Source: Setoptus koraiensis (taxonomy: Eukaryota; Animalia; Arthropoda). Taken from it: 64,000 nucleotides of DNA. This document shows, in pieces, positions 14,064 to 26,172 of the stretch; position 1 is the stretch's first letter; each line of letters begins with the position of its first letter. The stretch covers positions 13,516,001-13,580,000 of the forward strand of contig CM106586.1 in NCBI GenBank assembly GCA_048013815.1, read 5' to 3'. The position numbers were made by a program, and so were the translations under genes. Below the pieces are notes generated by a model. The model had not been told where the DNA came from. It saw only the letters and a program-made list of their open reading frames with translations, and did no database searches.

Positions 14064-14106
14064 ACACACACACACACACACTCGCTCACACACACACACA
14101 CACACA
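14064..14106. repeat. (CA)n microsatellite, interrupted
   Basis: Read directly. Confidence 0.85.
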
Positions 14107-14565
14107 GTTCGTTATGCAGTTTTGTGCTGACACACATTGGTGCTGCTAATGCTACAGAAGCAGTTTCAGTTGCAGTTGCTCTGTTGTTGCAATTGCAAGC
14201 GCTCAATTTGAGATGTAGCGCCAATTTTCAACCAGCACGCACCAGCCAACAGCAACAGCCTGAACAGCGAATGCTCGCACAAAACAGTTGTTTTCCAATC
14301 CAGTTTCAGCGGGTAGTGGTGCCAGTGCCAGTGCCAGTGCCAGCAGAATAGCAGTGCAGAATTATTGGGTGCAACCAATGAATGCAACATTTCCACTATA
14401 ATGTTCTGCGTTGCTTTACACAAGCCATTCACTTCTGAGCACACACACACACGAAAATGGTGCACAGAGCGCAAGCGATGCGAACAGCACAGTCAATAAA
14501 CTGTAATAGTAAGCGCTTTTCGCGTTTATAATGATGGCTGTCGCGTTGTGGCGTTCGCAATGGCG

Positions 14566-14568
<3 letters not shown>

Positions 14569-14602
<34 letters not shown>
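14569..14602. repeat. (TG)n microsatellite
   Basis: Read directly. Confidence 0.9.
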
Positions 14603-14603
<1 letters not shown>

Positions 14604-15805
14604 TGACTGGCGCCATGCAAGCACCATGCAGCATGTGCCTGTAAAACTGTTGCAGAGAGAAACAAAACAACCGTTGCAGTTCGCGAAACAACCGACAGTC
14701 GCACATTGACCCAAACTTTGATCCAACTTAACTCGACTGATGTGAGCCGCTGGCCTATTGCGATCAGTCAGTCTCAATTGAGCTAATGCGAGGCAGAGCC
14801 AAGAAGAGAAGTGAACATTACACGAGACAGTGCGAGCGTCGCGAAGCGTTTCACGAGCGACGCTAGCGCCTCTCGCTGATTTTTGTGCAACTTCATTTTG
14901 GAGACATTGGCGCTGCCCACAACAATGCTCATCGGCGCTGGTTTGCACAAAGCTGCCAGATGGCACAGTTTTGGTGCCCAATCTGTGCGCATGCAGCATG
15001 CGTAGTGGTAGGCGTCGTCTAAGTTGACTGCGGTGCCGCAGCATACTGACTAAATTCAGCAAAAAAGTAGCGCGCGCGCGCGCGCTCTCTCTCTCTCTCT
15101 GAACTGTAACTATACGATACTATACTGCACTGGTGTCTATACTACAGTACTGATACCGAGTATAGGCCACAGAGCATAGTCTAGTTGTACGGTTCTATAG
15201 TTGCACTGTACAATTGCTGCACTATAGCAATAGCACGGCAAACATTTATGGTCAGATGGGGGCAGATAGGGGGCGGAGAGGTGCCTTCAAGTGGCACAAA
15301 CTGTGCATCTTTATCATGGCGAACACACACACACAGACTGACGAGTAACAAAGTTGATGCTCATGAACAAGAAATAAGGGAAAGGGAAACGGGGAAAGAA
15401 TATTTGGCGCGGTTCTGTGCGTGTGTGTGTGTGTGTTGCAAACACAAGATGGCGTCAGTTGTGAGCGTAAATCTGTGTTGTTGTTTTTGTGTGTCTAGTT
15501 TTGTCGGTTGCATTTTCGTCTATCACCATCACATTTGTGTCTGTGAGCGCTGGTGTGTGCACTGTTCGTCGCGAGCATTGTATTCCACACTAGCGTGTAC
15601 TAATGGATATTGGTCCGACAATGGCACAACAAAGTGCATTCTATGTGAACACTGTTCAACGTAACACTCTATATGAGGGCATAATTGGGAACATAGTAGA
15701 CAAAAACTATAGCAAACTTTACGCGTATGCAACCCAGCAAATATGCTCTTGTGACTCACAACTTGCAGCGAGGCAATGTTCTCACATTCGCCTTGCTGCA
15801 ACGTC

Positions 15806-15848
15806 CAGAATCTATGCGTCGGTGCTCAGCACCGACGCATAGATTCTG
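15806..15848. repeat. Perfect 21-1-21 palindrome
   Basis: CAGAATCTATGCGTCGGTGCT-C-AGCACCGACGCATAGATTCTG; the arms are exact reverse complements. Confidence 0.95.
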
Positions 15849-16190
15849 TCGGGCCGAGTAGACAGAATTTTCACAATTTTCCCTCTTTCCCCGTTGGAAA
15901 GGCGCATTGAAAAAGTTAAGTTTTCTCCCAATCGTGCGCTCGAAAATCCGTGTCCTCCAGGGGACAGAATGAGCGCTTTTCCCTCCCTAACAAGTAAGCT
16001 GTAGGGCCAAAATCCCTTTCCACAATCAGTTGTCGTCCTGTTGGTGTTCGTTTTCGTTTGCCATTCGGGTGCCATATCTGCTCCGGTGGGAGATTCGAGG
16101 GTAAACGGGACGACGGATAGTGGGAGCGGATGATTTTGGAACAGACACCACAGAGTGCAAGATGAAAATTTCAAGCGAGCTACACCGAAA
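15849..16190 (+). repeat. Unclassified interspersed element, copy A
   Basis: Aligns by eye to the reverse complement of 40819-41160: about 70% identity over an ungapped 54-nt core and 17/18 identity at GAAAATTT(C/G)AAGCGAGCT, with similar spacing between the two blocks. Confidence 0.6.
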
Positions 16191-19100
16191 CGGTTACCTT
16201 CTATACAACGTGTATAAATGAGTAAATAAATGAGATATAGTTTTATTACTCGTGTTATCTATGCGACGTAGGCTGTTGCATTACACAGGATAGTGTGCCA
16301 TTGAATCACGTTGGTGCGCGACCAGCGAACTTTCACGTCCACCAATTTTCGCTTTTAGTGAGCCAACTGGTGGCTCTATTCACAGCCGCAAGGTCTCCTA
16401 ACAATTGATAGCAGCGTCAATAGCAACAGTTTGTTTCAGCCATTTCCGCTTTGTCTCTCACTGCTGTGATGTAACTTCTACTTGTGCTATGCACTGTTCA
16501 ACAGTGCACAAGTAAAAGTTACACAGTGTTGTGTGCAAACGAATGAACACTTTCTACGCCATACCATTAATTTGCTTACGTGGCCAAAAGAGACAATTTT
16601 CATCATTTTTTTTTTAATCATTTTAATCATTCTCATTTTGTTCGTGCCACCATAAGGCGGTCAATATGTATAACATGTGCACATGTAATTTGTGTTGCTT
16701 ACAAACAACCACATGTAGTTTTGCGACGATATTTGTTTGTTGCCAAGGTGTGTCGCCAAATGCGCGCTTGCGTAACGTCCATTTTGTGAGTCATCATCTC
16801 AAACACAAAATTACATGGTTACAGGTTGATAGCTTTCACTAATAGAAACGCGCTTCCTCGTGCATTCCAGGCATTCGCATCGAGCGACGCAGGATTAATC
16901 GACAATCTCACCATGTCGCACTTGTCGGCAACATGGTCGCCAGTACATCCCATATACAGTGCTAATGCAACTAATAAGAAAAATGTTGATCAGTTGTCTA
17001 GTAGTTGATGATTGGTTGGCATCTTGATGGGGCAGCGGGCAAGTTAATTGCGCCCTTTGAAGTACTATGTTCGAATATACCACAACACATAATATGTGCA
17101 TGGTGGCAAAAACTGCAACTATTTTTGTATTGAGTAATAGCCTATTACTAATAGGTCAACTCTTCTCGTTTCACCTGGTGTGTTTTTTTTTCTCTGCTGT
17201 GTGTTGCACAACGCACAATTCGGCACAGGAAATGCAATTGGGGCTCCTCTCGTAGACACCATAGCGCATCACTGAAATGTGACATTAAGCCAAATGTTGA
17301 GCGAATTTCATCTTGATAAACTATACAAACAAAGCCAGTGTGGGTAAGTTTCAAATTAAGATGAGTTGTCCCGATATTTTCGTCCCGTATTCGCGATTGT
17401 ATTCGCCCTCGCGACATTGTGTCGCGAGGCAACATATTTATCGTCAAATTGCTTTCTATTATTTTCACGGCATCCCCTGACTAGTTGCTCAAGAAAAATT
17501 CAACGCGAGAAAGTTTCCCCAATAGCAGTATACTCTACTGCCGGCAAAATAGGCGGTCGCATGGGCATTCCTCGTCTATTGGTCGTCCAGTTTCAAATGG
17601 GACACACCTGAAATGCACTATGAACCCTGAATCGGCAAATATCCAGAGTCCAAAACTTTGGTGTGTCCCGAATTTTGTACAAAACGATTGCCAATACTGA
17701 CCATTATCTTGTTTACTTGGTCTAACTGCCGACCAACCTCAGCATACTCGCTACGATTGCACTGATGGAATCTACAGTGGTAGTGAATATAGATCAACGC
17801 CAATGTAAACATTGTCTGCACTAGATCAAAAGCACAGATATTTACACGAAAATACACCGGAAGATTTGAACAATTCATCCATTTGATTAAAAAAAATATA
17901 TAAATAAATAGCGATGGAATTTAACAACTGTAACCTAAAATTAAATTCAACATAGTATCATCTGTCGAAGAGTCGTAGCTTTACTTTAGCCATCCCGATC
18001 AGATGTTATGACAAAAATAATAACAACCCACGTCACATGGCCTTAGCAACAATCATAGCTGATGAAAAGTTATCAGTGAATCAGTTATTATTGTTGTTGT
18101 TGCCGTGCAACTTTTTACCTATCCTCTATATGATGTATTATAATTTTAACAAGATAGTCAATCATATGGACACTTATGTAATCGATGTCTAGATGCAATC
18201 AAAACAGGAGTGCTCGTCAACAAGTATGCCCATGGACATATGAGTGCCATCCATACCCAACTTGATATCGACACCAGGCACGAGGGACTATTCCTATTTG
18301 TAGACGATAAATAATATTATTTCATACATAGAGACACCTCCAGCATTTTGGGCTGCCCATGCATATATACAAGCGAACTATCTTTTTAATCAATTACGTA
18401 TATCTACCAGTATTAATCTCTATTTGATGTCATCAGATATTAGTAAATTGAAGACACATTTAATGAGATATCAATCTGCTATTTGTGAAGTGAAAAAAGT
18501 CAACTCGATTTTGGTTAGATTGTGTGTCTGGTAGATTGTGTGGCGTGAGTAGCATTCATTTGTTGTTGCGACTGCTCTGTTCCAGTTATCGAAGAATTTA
18601 GCTACACTTGTTTGAAAGGCTCTCGACCAGCAAGAAACATATGATTGAGCTAGACAGAAATAAAACGCTACATTTCTTCTCTTTGCCCTACATGATTTAG
18701 ATATCATCAACACTTACTGTTTGTAAATTCAATATAAACTCATGAAAAAGGCTCACTCATGTTCGCTTTAAATAAATGAGCAACTATAACAAGACAAAAC
18801 GAAAAACTAAACTCACTCTCATCGCAACAAAAATTATGCATTCAATATATTGAGCTATATCTCAGTTAAGTATATCTCACATTGCAACAGCAACCCTATT
18901 AGTCCCGACTTGAGAAGTAGCAAGCTTTGCTGTTAGGAAAAAAGCGTTCACCTCTCATAGTACTCAAAAGCAGTAGATTGTATAGTAACTGGACATTTCA
19001 GTGCTCCAAATAAGAGCACAGCTTTGACCGCAATCACGGCGTCGATAATTAAAACAGCTCTATCCATACACCTGAGTCACACAGTTAAACATTTCAAAAT

Positions 19101-19191
19101 AGCAGCAACACCAAAAAGCAATTGTTATCAATTCTTGAAAATCCATATAGTAAATCATAAAGGAATCCGGCAAGCAAGCACTATCTCCAAA

Positions 19192-20811
19192 ATGGCGGAA
19201 TTTGAGAATAGTAGCCACGCTAAGATGTTGAATCTGGGACTCAAAGATGCCGATCCAGACCTTTACAATTTGATAAAAGAGGAGAAAAAACGTCAGTCTT
19301 CAGGTCTTGAGATGATAGCGTCGGAAAATTTCACAAGTCGCTCTGTCCTAGACACGTTGGCGTCTTGCTTGACCAACAAATATTCCGAAGGGTACCCTGG
19401 CCAGAGGTAGGTTTACGAGAATTTTAAATTGCTAACGGCTACGATTATTTCGGTAATGCAAGTTTGATTGAAAAAACTTTATTTGTAAAACTCCGAATTT
19501 ATGCGAATCCAGGTATTACGGCGGCAACAATTTCATTGATCAGATAGAACTTTTGTGCCAAAAAAGAGCTCTTGACACTTATGGGTTAAAACCCGAAGAA
19601 TGGGGCGTGAACGTGCAAACCTTATCAGGATCACCTGCTAATTTCGCCGTATATACAGGCGTCATCGGACCTAACGGCAGACTCATGGGACTAGATTTAC
19701 CAGACGGAGGACATCTGACTCATGGATTTTACACTGCCACGAGAAGCGTCTCTGCGACATCTATGTTTTTTCAATCCATGCCCTATCATATCGATCCCAA
19801 GACAGGGCTAATTGATTATGACCAATTAGAGGTGGTTGCACGATCATTCAAACCCAAATTGATTATTGCTGGCATAAGTTGTTATCCAAGATTATTAGAC
19901 TACAAAAGATTCAGGGAAATATGTGATCAAAATGGTTCCTATCTCATGGCTGATATGGCTCATATTAGTGGCTTAGTCGCCGGCAAGGTCGTTCCAAGTC
20001 CATTCGAATACGCGGATATTGTAACTTCGACAACACACAAAAGTCTTAGAGGACCGAGATCTGGGTTGATTTTCTATCGCAAAGGTGTCAGGTCGACCAA
20101 CGCTAAAACTGGTAAGACAGTAATGTACGATTTAGAGAATATGATAAATTCTGCTGTGTTTCCGGGTCTTCAGGGTGGGCCTCATAATAGTGCAATCGCT
20201 GCTGTGGCAACCGCATTGAAACAATGCATGACAACTGAATTTCAGGAATACCAACAACAAATCATAAAAAACGCAAGAAGACTTGCAAAATCACTCGACG
20301 CCCTCGGATATTCTATTGTCACTGGAGGCACTGACGTTCATATAGTTTGGGTAGACCTCAGACCCAAAAACATTGGAGGTGCTCTATCCGCGAGATTGCT
20401 TGAAGAGATATCGATCGCTTGCAATAAGAATACCGTACCTGGAGATAAGAGTGCAATGAATCCAGGAGGTATCAGGCTGGGTACTCCAGCCTTGACCACG
20501 AGAGGGCTCACTGAAGATCATATGGATCAAGTTGCGGCATTCATTGACGAGGGTGAGTAGAAAATTGTCGTTTTCAGATTTACATTTTATACCCTGACTA
20601 TACTTGAGATATCATTACTGATCCAATAACAATTTTTCTATCTATAGGAGTGAGATTGTCGATTGAACTGAGAGCTCAGGCAGAAACTGATAAAATGGAC
20701 GAGTTCAATCGAATCATGAAGGAACCTAAAAATAGGATAAAAATTGAGGAACTTCGAGATCGTGTTGAAGCATACGCACGAAACTTTTACATGCCAGGAT
20801 ACGATTACTGA
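19192..20811 (+). CDS. SHMT: Serine hydroxymethyltransferase, 3 exons, 472 aa from the first ATG
   Basis: Exons 19192-19406, 19513-20552, 20648-20811 (1419 nt, GT-AG). Motifs [40 protein letters not shown]-lysine [34 protein letters not shown]. Confidence 0.97.
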
Positions 20812-22657
20812 GGGTTTCAAGTTCTTCACTTCTAGGGAGGCAGTCATAGTGAATTCAGAGAATTTTGTCCACTCGCTCCTTGTGTTAACTATTTAGTGCC
20901 ATTTCTCATCATATCTAATGTTAAAACGAAACAAAGTAGAATGTTTAAGATAGGACTTAAGCTTATCAAACGACAATTCATCTCGAATAAATTGTTAAAT
21001 TCAATGTGATATGTCGACATCAATTTTCCGGTTTTAGATCATCCATCATTCATCTAATTACTTCAAAGTTATATCTATTCCGTGTCTGTCGAATAGTAGA
21101 CTATGGCACAATATCCGGCAGGGAATATATTACCGATCGCATCCCCATTCTAAGAGTTTTGTTACTTAGGTTGTGATTTCAATATCATCAATATCGAACT
21201 TTTGAGGCAAGTTACATGTTCGAAATTACACATTATTTAGAGGTGTTGTTTTGTTGGCATTTAAACTTGCAATTACATCTAGTGCGCAGGTAGGAATTTT
21301 TCGAGAGTAGAGGATTTTTCGCTCTGATAGTGTAGGGTTGAATAGTTGCCCTGAACAATGTAAGTTGCCACTAGTTTGGATCGATTTAATTCTCACGAGA
21401 GTAAATTTAGTGTCACAAGTTGAACAAATCAATTAATAGAATGAATATGGATATTTTATATGTTCAAGAGATACACAAGTACAATTTCATTTTTGCATAA
21501 ATGTTATCCATATAAACGTTCAACCTCATAATCGTCACAACACTGTTAAAAAGTGATTTTGAGTCGGTTTTAATTGAATGCGACTTAATAGATTAATCAA
21601 GTGTAGATTGGAGGACAAATGACATCATTCTGGATTCTGATTGATGTTTACCGAATGTTGATACTACTGTTCACATATTTCTTAGTCACGTAGCTCTTCC
21701 TCTCATCAGCATTTCAGGTAGTAGAGCCTGCTTTGAGTCATTCACCTGGAATCGTGGTAGAGTAGTAATGAGTCAATGAGTTCATTATTATAAAGCAGCG
21801 ATCACTAAATAGTTCAAAAAGCAACAATTGAAACTGGATTTAATGAGAAGACATGAGTATTCATCATCATTTGGCTGATAGATTTTACATCTTCAATTTT
21901 ATAGAACTCGTCGATATTGCGAGACATAGGTATTAGTCTACGTGAGTTAATCTTGATGACATGATTGTCACCTATTGATTGTTCAAATGTTAGTACTATT
22001 AGACGGCTGTAAAAAAGGCGTTAAACTTGCGCTTATTATTCTGCATTGGAATTAAATATTTGTATAAAGGATACTGTATCTCTAATCGCAAAATTATGAT
22101 TGTGCCTCTACAATTGTACGATACACCACAAACAACAGAGGTATCATATAGATCTGCACTGAAGCCCAAAAGTCAGCTACCTTCCACATGTCTAAACAAC
22201 AACAAACTTTGTTTGGAAATACACCGCTGCTGTCAATGTCGTCTCCGCAAGTTTTCTATCTCGCCTCTGACTATATAGTGTGCGAGGTGTAAAAACAAGT
22301 AGTTTGTTGTTAGTCGGCTTTTGGGTATTTCCAAGTTCATCATCACTCATGATCTCATAAGGGGCTGATGAAGATAATGAACAGCGTGAACGCATGCCAC
22401 TAAGCCCAACCATTAACGATTGCAAAATATTTATCCAATTTTATTTTTAACTATTCATTCCTCTACTGACGATTAAGCCTATTCCAAGAGTATTAACAAA
22501 TGAATAATAGAAACTTGAATATGGCACCAATCATGATATCTCTCTCATTCATCTGGAGGGATTCCATTGGCTGATAATCAATAGTTGTAAACTATGTGGT
22601 GAATGCATTCATTAGATCAAGCCTGAACATTTATCCTGTTAACTATTATATTTATAT

Positions 22658-22694
22658 TTATATACATATATATGTATATATATATATATATACA
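22658..22694. repeat. (TA)n microsatellite, interrupted
   Basis: Read directly. Confidence 0.8.
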
Positions 22695-23997
22695 TAAAAT
22701 AGTTCTTTGGTGTGACGCCTTCAGCACGGGAATATGACAGCGGTTTACGTAGCTTGAGAAATACTAACAAGTATTACATACTTGTGATGTGTAACCGACA
22801 TACAGAGGATCGCTCTCGGAGGGTTGTGATGTAAGCAGACAACAAAGTATTAGAAATAGTAGTCGGTATAAACCTAATCAAACAAACGCTGATATTGGTG
22901 AATAAGGCGTGTTTATACATAATGATAATAAAAATCAATAGCATATCTCTATTGCATAATATGATTTTAGTCGTCGGTTATAGTAGTGCTTTCAAATAGT
23001 TGAAACAAGTTGGCTTTTTTTAACTTCAAACAACTACCGGAAGCCTAATGTTGTTGACGCAATCGAATAAACAAAACAGATGAATCATAACCAGGTCACT
23101 TGACACATTACGTAGGATTGCATAATTTTGTCCTCGATAGTGAATAGTATTAGCTCATCAAGTGGACGATAATGACACCAACCTGTTAGATGACGCGCAG
23201 TAAATAAAATAAATAAAAGATAGAATCACAGATCACCGTGTTACCTGTAGTCTAGACAAGTAGCAGTGTATCTGCTCGCTACGTATAACTGCAGATATCT
23301 GTATTTATCTGCAGATATTTGTAAATCGTAAATTCGCAACTGCCTTTAGAATAGACAGTGCTATCGAAGCAGAGTATGTTGTCAGCGCCGTACTAAAAAA
23401 AAAGAAACTAGAAAAAATTGCATTTCCAGAAGTGACATGTCAAAACGCCATTTAGTACAGTAATGGTATTTACCCCTTCAATCTTGACTTTACACATCAC
23501 CCAGTCATAGCTCTAGTCGTGAACACGCATATTAACAAACGAAAGACAAATGGTTCTTGCACATGGTACAATATCTACAAATCGCCCTGTTTAGTGCTAA
23601 TCGATAAACACCAATATCTGATTTATTTCATCCAGCTAGTTCTATTGAATTAGCTTATGATCAGGATACTACTATCAGTGTCCTATACTATCGCCCATAT
23701 TGTAAATTTATTCATTTGCAGTTACAATTTATTCTTCTTCTGCAACAACAGATAGTAACAATATTACCAAGCTCACACAAACTACTGGTTTAGAAAAGGT
23801 TTATAAAGAAATCTTTATATTCATACAAACCCTTAGAACAATCCGTTATTGCCAACTTCTAGAGCTCAGAATAGGTCATGGACCACTGAAAGCGGCCTTG
23901 TATGCCGTCCTGGACACTCAGATAATAGACTTAATTACCATTCTATATCATATATACATATAGATAGATATATTGGAAACGACATCACCCTGCAACG

Positions 23998-25107
23998 ATG
24001 TTACCCACAGGCGGCCCAATCGAACGACATCCATATGGCTCAAACTCCACATCTGATCCCAAGCATCACAGGCGCAGTGTTGATTGGCGAGATTCTGGAA
24101 TATTTATTGATACAGAAAGCGATTGTTCTAGCAAACGATCCTCGCTAGATGTTTACCTGGTCGACGGCCGTCCACAAAGTGAATATGACTTGATGGTATC
24201 GAAAAATCAGGAGGGAGCTCCATCCTATTTCGGGAATTCCAGCCGAACAATCGAGTCTTGTTTTTCAAATCTTTCCGTTGGATCGAATGTATCAGAGGAT
24301 GGCTCGTGCAACGAGCAACTGAACAAAGATCTCAGACACTCAATCGATACTGTCACATTTCAAGACGAGGACGGCGATACAATACTTCATCTTGCTGTAG
24401 TCGGTTGTTCAATCAATATTATCAATGATCTCGTAAAAGTCTACGCTCGGGAGGACCTTTTGGATATGGTCAACAACATGATGCACAGCGCTTTGCATGT
24501 TGCCGTAATGACTCATAGAACGGATATTGTTGGGTTACTCATCAAGTCTGGAGCAAAATATAACCTTAGAGACAGAAGAGGGAATACTTGTCTTCACATA
24601 GCATGCCAACAGGGGCATATCCAAACAGTTATTGCCATACTAGAAAACATAGCTTCTTTGGAAGAAGACAATATCACCAAGAATCAGGAATTATTTAGTG
24701 ATATACAATCATTGGTGGAAATGAGAAATTTCGACGGACAGACCTGCTTGCACCTAGCAGCATCCAAAGGACACCGGCATATATTGAAATTGCTTATCAA
24801 CAGTTATCGAACAGATATGAATCTTATTGAGGGCAAAAGTGGTGACACAATACTTCATATGGCAATCAAAAATCATGATTTAGAGTTAGTTTCTTTCATC
24901 TTAAGGCAGCTGGATGGATTCTGCAATTCATTAAATTACGCAGGCTACGACCCTTTGGAAACATTATCCATAATTGAACAGGGCGCTGACGAGCAATCAG
25001 CTATCCATTTACAGAAAATTAAAAGTTTAATTATTGAGAAAATTGAGTCCTGTACTCAAAAAGATCAGAGAAACTGTAGTAGTAATTATGTCAATAGAAA
25101 CCAATAG
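23998..25107 (+). CDS. cact: IkappaB/Cactus-like ankyrin-repeat NF-kB inhibitor, 369 aa, intronless
   Basis: N-terminal DSGIFID degron-like motif followed by about 6 ankyrin repeats (QDEDGDTILHLAVV, HSALHVAV, GNTCLHIAC, GQTCLHLAA, EGKSGDTILHMAI). Confidence 0.85.
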   Translation: MLPTGGPIERHPYGSNSTSDPKHHRRSVDWRDSGIFIDTESDCSSKRSSLDVYLVDGRPQSEYDLMVSKNQEGAPSYFGNSSRTIESCFSNLSVGSNVSEDGSCNEQLNKDLRHSIDTVTFQDEDGDTILHLAVVGCSINIINDLVKVYAREDLLDMVNNMMHSALHVAVMTHRTDIVGLLIKSGAKYNLRDRRGNTCLHIACQQGHIQTVIAILENIASLEEDNITKNQELFSDIQSLVEMRNFDGQTCLHLAASKGHRHILKLLINSYRTDMNLIEGKSGDTILHMAIKNHDLELVSFILRQLDGFCNSLNYAGYDPLETLSIIEQGADEQSAIHLQKIKSLIIEKIESCTQKDQRNCSSNYVNRNQ

Positions 25108-25427
25108 CCAACAGCTACCTATTTTGAGGAGCTCCATAGCGTTCAATGTCGTAACGTTACGTCGTGCAAAGCGTGATACGGATTCTTGATTTTCTACATC
25201 GAAAAAAAATTTCTCTACGGCTAGCGTGGTAGCAAATTCATTGAAATTCACTTCATTAAAGGTTTTCTCTGTGCCGTATCCTCGCCGGCAAATTGTCTTT
25301 TGCACCAACTCGAAAGATAACTGTGAATAGGTCATCTTAAAGATGGTGCAAAATCGTATTTGCAAAAGCACATTTCGCACCTAATAAACCTCTGTTTTGG
25401 CAAATTTCGAGTTTGCTACAAAACTGT

Positions 25428-26093
25428 CTACGGTGCAGCAGAATAGAAAGGATTCTGGCTCTGAGGTTGATTCAGATTGGTAGTTTCCGTAGCGTTCTTA
25501 GAGGGCGAAGATTGACTCTGCGATGGTTGACTAATAATTGGTTTTGTATCATCATCCTTTCCGTACTCAAATCCCTTAGGCTGCTCATTAATTGTTTGTC
25601 CGTGTGATGTTCCTTCCTTGGTGTCGCCCCATTCTCGATCGAAGGCGTCCTCAAATCTTGAATCTGTTTTGGGTCTGCATTTTCCGCAACAGAAATTAAA
25701 GCAGAAACAGCAGCAGCAACAGCATCCATAACAGCATGTCAGCACGCCGCAACCTATCAGAAAAGCTTTGAACCAGCCTGAAGTGAGAACGAAATAAGTA
25801 TTGACGTACTCGTCGCCAAATTGTTCGGCTATGTAGACTCCAAGTGATCCATATTGATCATAAATACTGCGCTTGAGTGTGTCTGATAGAATTTTGTGAG
25901 CCCTATTGATATCTTGAAATTTCTCATGTGACTGTGGATCATTTTGGTTCTTATCTGGGTGGTATTTGAGTGCTAATTGCCGATAGGCTTTCTTAACTTC
26001 CTCTGGAGTGGCTGATTTTTTTAGGTTTAAAATGTTGTATAATGAATCGCCGGTGGTTGATAATCGGCGAGCTTGAGTCTGGATAGCTGACAT
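25428..26093 (-). CDS. DNAJC5: Cysteine string protein (DnaJ homolog subfamily C member 5), 221 aa, intronless
   Basis: [12 protein letters not shown]-terminus, J domain with HPD ([10 protein letters not shown]), linker YDQYGSLG, cysteine string [20 protein letters not shown]. Confidence 0.96.
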   Translation of the reverse strand: MSAIQTQARRLSTTGDSLYNILNLKKSATPEEVKKAYRQLALKYHPDKNQNDPQSHEKFQDINRAHKILSDTLKRSIYDQYGSLGVYIAEQFGDEYVNTYFVLTSGWFKAFLIGCGVLTCCYGCCCCCCFCFNFCCGKCRPKTDSRFEDAFDREWGDTKEGTSHGQTINEQPKGFEYGKDDDTKPIISQPSQSQSSPSKNATETTNLNQPQSQNPFYSAAP

Positions 26094-26137
26094 AATTACT
26101 GTAGTATAGTATCAATACTGATCTATAGATATGTAAA

Positions 26138-26172
26138 TATATATATATATATATTTATATAAATATATATAT
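26138..26172. repeat. (TA)n microsatellite just upstream of DNAJC5
   Basis: Read directly. Confidence 0.8.

Noticed and set aside
19024-19191. Track start (TTG 19024) as the confirmed SHMT start
   Set aside because: It is not an ATG. The CDS is called from 19192 and the extension is reported only as a hypothesis.
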